A DNA stretch of 32,000 bases from Pseudomonas aeruginosa (GTDB taxonomy: Bacteria > Pseudomonadota > Gammaproteobacteria > Pseudomonadales > Pseudomonadaceae). The stretch is from assembly GCF_001457615.1 (NCBI RefSeq), contig NZ_LN831024.1:210001-242000 (forward strand), written 5' to 3'. The notes under the pieces are model-generated. The model saw nothing but the letters and a program-made list of their open reading frames with translations. It did not search any database and was not told the origin of the DNA. The position numbers and the translations under genes are program-made. The first letter of the stretch is position 1. The number at the start of each line of letters is the position of its first letter. Shown piece by piece: positions 25,713 to 32,000 of this stretch.

Positions 25713-26641
25713 GCGTGCTGTTCGCCTATCCCGGCCAGGGCGCCCAACGTCCCGGCATGCTCGCGGCCTTGCCCGACGAACCGCCGGTGCGCGCCTGCCT
25801 GGAGCAGGCGGCGGACTGTCTCGGCCAGGCGCCGGCCGAACTGGAGAGCGCCGAGGCCTTGCACGGCACCCGCGCGGTGCAGTTGTGCCTGCTGATCGCC
25901 GGGGTCGCCGCCAGCCGCCTGCTGGAGACGCGCGGGCATCGGCCGGGGCTGGTCGCCGGGCTGTCCATCGGCGCCTATCCGGCGGCGGTGGTAGCCGGCG
26001 CGCTGGACTTCGACGACGCGCTGCGTCTGGTGGCGCTGCGTGGCGAACTGATGCAGGCCGCCTGGCCCGAGGGCTACGGGATGAGCGCCATCCTCGGTCT
26101 CGAACAGGCGCAACTGGAAGCGCTGATCCTGGCGGTGCGGCGCGAGCACCCGCCGCTCTACCTGGCCAACGTCAACGCCGAGCGGCAACTGGTGGTGGCC
26201 GGCAGCGAAGCGGCTCTGGCCGCCCTCGCCGAACGCGCCCGTGCCGCCGGCGCCAGCGCGGCGAAGCGCCTGGCGGTGAGCGTACCGTCGCACTGTGCGC
26301 TGCTCGACGAACCGGCCGCGCGCCTGGCCGAAGCCTTCGCCGGCATCCGCCTGCATCGGCCGCGCGTGCCCTACCTGAGCAGCAGCCGGGCGCGCCTGGT
26401 CGCCGAACCGGCCGCGCTGGCCGACGATCTCGCCGGCAACATGGCGCGCCGCGTCGAGTGGCTGGCGACATTGCGCAGCGCCTACGAGCGCGGTGCCCGC
26501 CTGCATCTCGAGCTGCCGCCGGGACGGGTCCTCAGCGGTCTGGCGCGGCCTCTGTTCGGCTGCGCCACGCCGGCCTTCGAAGGCTCCCGGGCGGATACCC
26601 TGGACGCGCTGTTGCGCGAGGAGGAAAAGAGAACCCGATAA
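25709..26641 (+). CDS. mdcH: Malonyl-CoA:ACP transacylase (malonate decarboxylase epsilon subunit, FabD-like)
   Basis: Taken from track ORF 25547..26641 with the start trimmed to ATG 25709 (ATGA overlap with mdcG). It has MSVLFAYPGQGAQRPGML and the GLSIGAY active-site serine motif. Confidence 0.9.
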   Translation: MSVLFAYPGQGAQRPGMLAALPDEPPVRACLEQAADCLGQAPAELESAEALHGTRAVQLCLLIAGVAASRLLETRGHRPGLVAGLSIGAYPAAVVAGALDFDDALRLVALRGELMQAAWPEGYGMSAILGLEQAQLEALILAVRREHPPLYLANVNAERQLVVAGSEAALAALAERARAAGASAAKRLAVSVPSHCALLDEPAARLAEAFAGIRLHRPRVPYLSSSRARLVAEPAALADDLAGNMARRVEWLATLRSAYERGARLHLELPPGRVLSGLARPLFGCATPAFEGSRADTLDALLREEEKRTR

Positions 26642-26697
26642 GCGTTCGTTCGAGGCATAAAAACAACAACATCGATCCGCAACCGAGGACAACAATA

Positions 26698-27102
26698 ATG
26701 ATTATCTACGGTGTCGCACTGCTGTCTCTGTGTACCCTCGCCGGGCTGTTCATCGGCGAGATCCTTGGCGTGCTGCTCGGCGTGCCGGCCAACGTCGGTG
26801 GCGTCGGCATCGCCATGCTGCTGCTGATCTTCGTCGGCAGCTACCTGGGCAAGCGTGGCCTGCTCTCGGCGAAGACCGAGCAGGGCGTGGAGTTCTGGAG
26901 CGCGGTCTACATTCCCATCGTGGTCGCCATGGCCGCCCAGCAGAATGTCCTCGGCGCGCTGAGCGGCGGGCCGGCCGCTATCCTCGCCGGCATCGCCGCG
27001 GTCGCCGTGGCCTTCGCCCTGGTCCCGCTGCTCGACCGCTTCGGCCGGAAGAAAGCCGAAGGCGCCCCGCCATTGAAACCGCGCACCAGCGTGCAGGGGT
27101 GA
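26698..27102 (+). CDS. madL: Malonate transporter small subunit
   Basis: 134-aa hydrophobic protein (MIIYGVALLSLCTLAGLFIGEILGVLLGVPANVGGVGIAMLLLIF...). The start is at ATG 26698 with GAGGAC upstream. It is the only coding-like part of the spurious 25525..27102 ORF. Confidence 0.88.
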   Translation: MIIYGVALLSLCTLAGLFIGEILGVLLGVPANVGGVGIAMLLLIFVGSYLGKRGLLSAKTEQGVEFWSAVYIPIVVAMAAQQNVLGALSGGPAAILAGIAAVAVAFALVPLLDRFGRKKAEGAPPLKPRTSVQG

Positions 27103-27107
27103 GCGCC

Positions 27108-27872
27108 ATGTTCGAGTCCCTGAACAAAGTCATCAATGGCTACGGCCTGATCAGCGGCTTCGCCATCATCGGCGTGACCATGGCGGTGTCCTACTGGTTG
27201 TCGGCGCGCCTCACCCGCGGGCGCCTGCACGGCTCGGCGATCGCGATCTTCCTCGGCCTGGTGCTGTCCTACGTCGGCGGCGTCGCCACCGGCGGGCAGA
27301 AAGGATTGGTGGACGTGCCCCTGATGTCCGGTATCGGCCTGCTGGGTGGCGCCATGCTGCGCGACTTCGCCATCGTCGCCACGGCCTTCGGGGTGAATGT
27401 CGAGGAACTGCGTCGGGCAGGGGTTTCCGGGGTGGTGTCGCTGTTCCTCGGGGTCGGTTCGTCGTTCGTCGCCGGGGTCGCGGTGGCCATGGCGTTCGGC
27501 TACACCGATGCGGTCAGCCTGACCACCATCGGCGCCGGCGCGGTCACCTACATCGTCGGACCGGTGACCGGCGCCGCCCTGGGGGCCAGCTCCGAGGTGA
27601 TGGCGCTGAGCATCGCCGCCGGGTTAGTGAAGGCGATCCTGGTGATGGTCCTGACGCCTTTCGTCGCGCCCTACATCGGCCTGAACAATCCACGTACGGC
27701 GGTGATCTTCGGCGGTCTCATGGGCACCTCCAGCGGCGTCGCCGGCGGCCTCGCCGCCACCGACCCGAAGCTGGTGCCCTACGGTTGCCTGACCGCGGCG
27801 TTCTATACCGCCATCGGTTGCCTGCTGGGGCCGTCGCTGCTGTATTTCAGCGTGCGCGGCCTGGTTGGGTGA
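27108..27872 (+). CDS. madM: Malonate transporter large subunit
   Basis: 254-aa hydrophobic protein starting at ATG 27108 (MFESLNKVINGYGLISGFAIIGVTMAVSYWL...), 5 nt after the madL stop. Confidence 0.88.
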   Translation: MFESLNKVINGYGLISGFAIIGVTMAVSYWLSARLTRGRLHGSAIAIFLGLVLSYVGGVATGGQKGLVDVPLMSGIGLLGGAMLRDFAIVATAFGVNVEELRRAGVSGVVSLFLGVGSSFVAGVAVAMAFGYTDAVSLTTIGAGAVTYIVGPVTGAALGASSEVMALSIAAGLVKAILVMVLTPFVAPYIGLNNPRTAVIFGGLMGTSSGVAGGLAATDPKLVPYGCLTAAFYTAIGCLLGPSLLYFSVRGLVG

Positions 27873-27887
27873 GCGGGCTGGTCCGGG

Positions 27888-27925
27888 CACCCTCTCCCTG
27901 AAGGGCGAGGGTTGGGGAGAGGTCA
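27888..27925. terminator. REP-like GC hairpin between convergent madM and mdcR. Candidate bidirectional terminator.
   Basis: CCTCTCCC(27891-27898) pairs with GGGAGAGG(27915-27922), with loop TGAAGGGCGAGGGTTG. It lies in the 84-bp convergent gap and has no T-tract. Confidence 0.4.
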
Positions 27926-27956
27926 GCGGGCCAGCGGCAATGTGGACTTCCGTCCG

Positions 27957-28886
27957 CTATCCCGCCGCCTCCTGCTCCAGGCGCAGGCTGTACATCCGGC
28001 ACTCCGCGAGCAACGCCAGCAGGTTCGGGTCGCGCTCCTTGGCCTTGAGGAACACCACGCCGATGTGCTGCTGCAGGCGATAGCGCGGTTGCAGCGGGAT
28101 CAGCCGCACGCGGTTCTCGTAGACCGCCTCGATGCGTTTGGGCAGCAGCGCATGGCCGACCCCCGAGCTGACCATGCTGAGGAGGGTGAAGATGTCGTTC
28201 ACCTGCATGGCGATCTGCGGTTCGAAGCCGGCCTGCTGGAACACCCGGGTGCCGTCCTGATGGGTGGCGAAGCCCTGGGTGAGCGTGACGAAGGGCGTGT
28301 CGCGCAGGGTGCTGAGATCGATCTCGGCGAGCCTGGCGTAGGGCGAGTCCACCGGCACGGCGAGGAAGATGTCATCGGAGAACAGCGGCAGGTGCTCGCA
28401 GTCGGGATCGCTGACGCTGTCGTTGAGCGACACCAGGATGGCGTCCAGCTCCATGTTCTTCAGCTGGTAGAACAGGTCGACGTTGGAGCCGAGGATCAGG
28501 TCGATGTTCAGCGCGCTGCGTCGCAGCTTGAGGCCCATGATCAGTTGCGGCACGGTCTTCACCGTCAGCGAATAGAGCGCGCCCAGCTTGAAGCGCTCGG
28601 CGGAGAAGCCGGCCGCCTCGCGGGTCAGGCGCACCGTGTCGAGTACCTCCTGGACCAGCTTCTGCGCGCGCTCCTCGAGCACGTAGGCGCTTTCCAGCGG
28701 GGTCAGGTTGCGTCCCTCGTGCTTGAACAGCGGGCAGCGCAGGGCGCTTTCCAGCGAGTGGATGGCGCGGTGCACGCTGACGTTGCTGGTGCCCAGTTCC
28801 GCCGCCGCGCGCGCCAGGTTGCCGGTGCGCATGAAGGCGAGGAAGGTTTCCAGCTTCTTGAGGGTGATTTCTTCGTCGATCAGCAT
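27957..28886 (-). CDS. mdcR: LysR-family regulator of the malonate operon
   Basis: 309-aa ORF with an N-terminal wHTH (LKKLETFLAFMRTGNLARAAAELGTSNVSVHRAIHSLE). It sits immediately downstream of, and convergent with, mdc-mad, as in the recalled P. aeruginosa arrangement. Confidence 0.88.
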   Translation of the reverse strand: MLIDEEITLKKLETFLAFMRTGNLARAAAELGTSNVSVHRAIHSLESALRCPLFKHEGRNLTPLESAYVLEERAQKLVQEVLDTVRLTREAAGFSAERFKLGALYSLTVKTVPQLIMGLKLRRSALNIDLILGSNVDLFYQLKNMELDAILVSLNDSVSDPDCEHLPLFSDDIFLAVPVDSPYARLAEIDLSTLRDTPFVTLTQGFATHQDGTRVFQQAGFEPQIAMQVNDIFTLLSMVSSGVGHALLPKRIEAVYENRVRLIPLQPRYRLQQHIGVVFLKAKERDPNLLALLAECRMYSLRLEQEAAG

Positions 28887-28944
28887 CCGCGTTCCCCTGG
28901 CCGGTGGCGTCGGGGGATTGTGCCTGAGGCGGCGCGGGAGGGGT

Positions 28945-28988
28945 AAAAAGGGCCGTCATCTCCTAGCGCGTGGCGGAGCATGACGGCC
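28945..28988 (-). terminator. Intrinsic terminator read on the minus strand, about 245 nt after the upstream LysR gene and about 60 nt before the mdcR start
   Basis: The minus-strand sequence is GGCCGTCATgCTCC-gccacgcgcta-GGAGATGACGGCC followed by CTTTTTACCCC. This is a 13-bp stem with one bulge plus a U-run. Confidence 0.6.
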
Positions 28989-29232
28989 TGGAAACGCCTT
29001 GGGGAAGGCGGAGTTGCACTGACCGGATGGAATCCCGCTTCGGCAGCCTGAGCCGCCGATAGGCTAACGGAACTCAGCGGATGGAGCGGATGGTGCCCTT
29101 GCTGCCGGTGACCTGCCGGACCGGGGTGGTCCGGAGCGCCGGCCACCCTAGCAACGGAGGCTTTTTGCCACAGTCATCGGATTCGTCTTTGTCAGGAAGA
29201 AAATTCCTCTTGGAATGTCGGAAAGCTGAGGG

Positions 29233-30153
29233 TCAGTGCCGGCGCTCGGCAAGCTTGCCCAGTTGCTCCCGGCAGTAGTCGACGAACAATCGTGCCGGCT
29301 TGGTCAGTTGCGCGCGTTTCAGCCAGGCGGCGGCGAGCCCGGAGGTGGACACCGGCTCGGCGAGGTCGACCATGACCACCTTCTTGCCGTCGTAGGTGCA
29401 TTCCGAATGCGGGCGGGTGACCAGCAGGGAGAAGCCGAAGCCCTGGCCGACCATGCCGCGCACCATCTCGATGGACGGCGAGCTGAAGGCGATGTTCGGC
29501 GTCAGGCCGAGTTCCTCGAACAGGCTGACGAAATAGGTGCGGCTGGGCTGCACGTCGAGCAGGATCATCGGTTCCAGGCACAGGTCGCGCAGCGACACTT
29601 GCGCCTGCCCGGCGAAGCGGTGGCCTTCGGGGAGCAGCGCGTGGGGTCGTTGCGGCGGCATCAGCGGCTCGGTCTCGATGGTCGAGTCGAGGTCGTGCTC
29701 GTAGAGGAAGGCCAGGTCGAAGCGCCCCGAGGTGAGGCCTTGCACCAGTTCCTGCTGCTCGCCGTCGCGGATGCGGATCTCCACCCCCGGATAGGCCTGG
29801 CGAAAGCCGGCGATCAGGCCCGGCAGGTAGAGCGGGGCGACCGTCTCGAAGCAGCCGATGTCGATCTGCCCGGCGATCACGTCGTTGTCGGCCAGGGCGT
29901 TCTGCTCGAACTCGTGGGCCATCCGCAGCAGTTCCTGCGCCTTGCGGTAGAAGCGCGCGCCGGCGGGGGTCAGCGACACGCCCTGGGCGTGGTGGCGGAT
30001 GAACAGCTGCACGCCGAAGCTTTCCTCCAGACCCTTCACCGCCGTGGAGATCGACGGCTGGGCGATGTACAGCTTGCGCGAGGCCTCGGCCACGCTGCCG
30101 CATTCCACGGTGGTCACGAAATACTTGAGTTGCCGCAAGGTATAGGACGCCAC
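29233..30153 (-). CDS. LysR-family transcriptional regulator, divergent from the aldehyde dehydrogenase gene
   Basis: 306-aa ORF with the wHTH MASYTLRQLKYFVTTVECGSVAEASRKLYIAQPSISTAVKGLE and a LysR effector domain. Confidence 0.9.
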   Translation of the reverse strand: MASYTLRQLKYFVTTVECGSVAEASRKLYIAQPSISTAVKGLEESFGVQLFIRHHAQGVSLTPAGARFYRKAQELLRMAHEFEQNALADNDVIAGQIDIGCFETVAPLYLPGLIAGFRQAYPGVEIRIRDGEQQELVQGLTSGRFDLAFLYEHDLDSTIETEPLMPPQRPHALLPEGHRFAGQAQVSLRDLCLEPMILLDVQPSRTYFVSLFEELGLTPNIAFSSPSIEMVRGMVGQGFGFSLLVTRPHSECTYDGKKVVMVDLAEPVSTSGLAAAWLKRAQLTKPARLFVDYCREQLGKLAERRH

Positions 30154-30344
30154 TGCAAGACCTCATCGGCGCATCATCCTCCCCGGGCCGGGCGTGCGCG
30201 CCTCGATTGTTGTGTCCGCCGCGCTGCAAGCAAGTTGCAGGCCGCTGCCGGGCGTCGCGGCGCTGGCCGCGACGACGATTGCCCGCCTGCACGATAACCC
30301 AGCACGACGCACTTTGCCGGGGCACGCCTGGCCAGCTTTTTCTT

Positions 30345-30359
30345 ATGTCCCGAGGACAT
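30345..30359. promoter_or_regulatory. Candidate LTTR recognition site (T-N11-A dyad) upstream of the aldehyde dehydrogenase gene
   Basis: ATGTCC-cga-GGACAT is a perfect dyad containing TGTCC-N3-GGACA (T-N11-A). It is flanked by T/A-rich sequence (CTTTTTCTT ... TTTTAATAATTTTCC), 145 nt upstream of the GTG start at 30504. Confidence 0.4.
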
Positions 30360-30503
30360 TTTTAATAATTTTCCTTCGCCGCGGCTTGCGCGACCATCCT
30401 TCCCCATCGACCCCATGGACAGCGGTCCGCCTCCCGGCGGTCCGGGCCATGCGTGCAGAACCACGACCGGCGCAGACCGGCGAGATAACAAGGAGAAGGT
30501 GGG

Positions 30504-31994
30504 GTGTTCGAACTCAGCGATTGGCAACGGCGCGCCGCGACACAGCGCTTCATCGACCAGGCCCTGATCGGCGGCCGCCAGCGTCCAGCCGCCAGCGGCG
30601 CTACCTTCGACGCCATCGATCCGGCGAGCAATCGCCTGCTGGCGCGGGTCGCGGCCTGCGATGCGGCCGACGTCGACGCGGCAGTGGCCGCCGCCCGCCG
30701 CGCCTTCGACGAAGGCCCCTGGGCGCGTCTCGCCCCGGTCGAGCGCAAGCGCGTGCTGCTGCGCCTGGCCGAGCTGATGCTGGCCCATCGCGAAGAGCTG
30801 GCGCTGCTCGACTCGCTGAACATGGGCAAGCCGGTGATGGACGCCTGGAACATCGATGTACCCGGCGCCGCCCACGTCTTCGCCTGGTATGCGGAAAGCC
30901 TCGACAAGCTCTACGACCAGGTCGCGCCGACCGCCCAGCAGACCCTGGCCACCATTACCCGCGTGCCGCTGGGGGTGATCGGCGCGGTGGTGCCGTGGAA
31001 CTTCCCGCTCGACATGGCCGCCTGGAAGCTCGCCCCGGCCCTGGCCGCCGGCAACTCGGTGGTGCTCAAGCCGGCCGAGCAGTCGCCGTTCTCCGCCCTG
31101 CGCCTGGCCGAGCTGGCCCTGGAGGCGGGGGTGCCGGAAGGCGTGCTGAACGTGGTGCCGGGCCTCGGCGAGCAGGCCGGCAAGGCCCTCGGCTTGCACC
31201 CGGAGGTGGACGCACTGGTGTTCACCGGCTCCACCGAGGTCGGCAAGTACTTCATGCAGTATTCCGCGCAATCCAACCTCAAGCAGGTCTGGCTGGAGTG
31301 CGGCGGCAAGAGTCCGAACCTGGTGTTCGCCGATTGCCGCGATCTTGACCAGGCGGCGGAAAAGGCCGCCTTCGGCATTTTCTTCAACCAGGGCGAGGTC
31401 TGTTCGGCGAACTCGCGCTTGCTGGTGGAGCGTTCGATCCACGACGAGTTCGTCGAGCGCCTGCTGGCCAAGGCCCGCGACTGGCAGCCGGGCGATCCGC
31501 TGGACCCGGCCAGCCGCGCCGGCGCCATCGTCGACCGCCGGCAGACCGCCGGGATTCTCGCCGCCATCGAGCGGGCGCAAGGCGAGGGCGCGACCCTGCT
31601 CGGCGGTGGCCGCCAGTTGACGATCAACGGTTCGGACAACTTCATCGAACCGACCCTGTTCGGCGACGTACGCCCGGACATGCAGCTGGCCCGCGAGGAA
31701 ATCTTCGGTCCGGTGCTGGCGATCAGCGCCTTCGACTCCGAGGACGAGGCCATACGCCTGGCCAACGACAGCCGCTACGGCCTCGCCGCCTCGCTGTGGA
31801 GCGACGACCTGCACCGTGCACACCGGGTGGCGCGGCGCTTGAATGCCGGAACGGTGTCGGTGAATACCGTGGACGCGCTGGACGTCGCGGTGCCTTTCGG
31901 CGGCGGCAAGCAGTCCGGCTTCGGTCGCGACCTGTCGCTGCATTCCTTCGACAAGTACACCCAGTTGAAGACGACCTGGTTCCAGTTGCGCTGA
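30504..31994 (+). CDS. NAD(P)-dependent aldehyde dehydrogenase (PuuC/gamma-glutamyl-aminobutyraldehyde dehydrogenase-like subfamily)
   Basis: 496-aa ORF with a GTG start and SD AAGGAGAAGG upstream. It has the catalytic Glu motif LECGGKSP, the catalytic Cys motif FFNQGEVCSANSR, and the NAD-binding FTGSTEVGK. Confidence 0.92.
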   Translation: MFELSDWQRRAATQRFIDQALIGGRQRPAASGATFDAIDPASNRLLARVAACDAADVDAAVAAARRAFDEGPWARLAPVERKRVLLRLAELMLAHREELALLDSLNMGKPVMDAWNIDVPGAAHVFAWYAESLDKLYDQVAPTAQQTLATITRVPLGVIGAVVPWNFPLDMAAWKLAPALAAGNSVVLKPAEQSPFSALRLAELALEAGVPEGVLNVVPGLGEQAGKALGLHPEVDALVFTGSTEVGKYFMQYSAQSNLKQVWLECGGKSPNLVFADCRDLDQAAEKAAFGIFFNQGEVCSANSRLLVERSIHDEFVERLLAKARDWQPGDPLDPASRAGAIVDRRQTAGILAAIERAQGEGATLLGGGRQLTINGSDNFIEPTLFGDVRPDMQLAREEIFGPVLAISAFDSEDEAIRLANDSRYGLAASLWSDDLHRAHRVARRLNAGTVSVNTVDALDVAVPFGGGKQSGFGRDLSLHSFDKYTQLKTTWFQLR

Positions 31995-32000
31995 AGACGC

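Noticed and set aside
20334-26695. Series of long minus-strand ORFs (20334..21989, 21905..22711, 22651..24456, 25007..26695) across the mdc cluster
   Set aside because: All are antisense to mdcA-mdcH, whose products carry family motifs and are linked by translational-coupling junctions. The antisense translations are Arg/Pro/Ala/Gly-rich with no motifs.
28880-29146. 88-aa minus-strand ORF in the spacer upstream of mdcR
   Set aside because: It is His/Pro/Ala/Ser-rich with no motif, overlaps the terminator hairpin and runs into the mdcR start. I treat the region as non-coding RNA or UTR instead.
30174-31943. 589-aa minus-strand ORF opposite the aldehyde dehydrogenase gene. The same applies to 3942..5834 (-), 15210..16562 (-), 2104..3396 (-), 305..1615 (+), 13924..14898 (-) and 27912..28946 (+).
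   Set aside because: In every case the opposite or alternative frame encodes a protein with unmistakable conserved motifs (ALDH catalytic Cys/Glu, AEC permease/porin, PntB, AtsR, AtsB, PntAA, MdcR). These ORFs are GC-driven open frames.
1-32000. Looked for mobile elements, CRISPR arrays, tRNA/rRNA genes, toxin-antitoxin pairs, restriction-modification or other defence-island content, and sharp GC-content islands
   Set aside because: None were seen. The only low-GC patches are short intergenic promoter regions. Every sizeable ORF belongs to a metabolic, transport or regulatory family, so the window looks like ordinary core chromosome rather than an accessory island.

Overview
This is high-GC DNA (about two-thirds G+C by eye, not computed). 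I recognise it as Pseudomonas aeruginosa core chromosome, collinear from memory with the PAO1 interval around PA0184-PA0219. The real genes are the ORF-track entries with family-typical motifs, plausible SD/start contexts and tight operon junctions. Most other long ORFs are antisense or out-of-frame shadows typical of high-GC DNA.

The window has four blocks:
- Block 1 (1-13.3 kb) is a sulfur-scavenging neighbourhood. It holds atsC (partial)-atsB and divergent atsR (sulfate-ester ABC importer), an uncharacterised TauD/TfdA-like dioxygenase coupled to an AEC-family permease, an OprD-family porin and a class A acid phosphatase. It ends with a LysR regulator divergent from a TonB-dependent receptor plus two TauD/AtsK-like dioxygenases, the second of which is split by a frameshift here.
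- Block 2 (13.9-16.9 kb) is the pntAA-pntAB-pntB transhydrogenase operon.
- Block 3 (17.2-20.4 kb) is tonB2-exbB1-exbD1, then a small Cys-rich protein and a YdeN/RBBP9-type serine hydrolase.
- Block 4 (20.5-32 kb) is the complete, tightly coupled malonate decarboxylase/transport cluster mdcABCDEGH-madLM with convergent mdcR. A second LysR regulator follows, divergent from an aldehyde dehydrogenase.

I saw no tRNA, rRNA, CRISPR array, IS element, integrase, phage gene or recognisable defence gene.

I do not find convincing evidence for a wholly new system. The leads worth a second look are:
- the extreme Met/Cys depletion of the receptor-dioxygenase operon and AtsR
- the frameshifted dioxygenase paralog
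- the uncharacterised dioxygenase-permease pair
- a polyproline upstream ORF in the receptor leader
- A-rich Hfq/Crc-type motifs at the opdI and madL start sites
- two unusually long structured non-coding spacers (upstream of pntAA and upstream of mdcR)
- a possible empty-site junction between the hydrolase gene and mdcA
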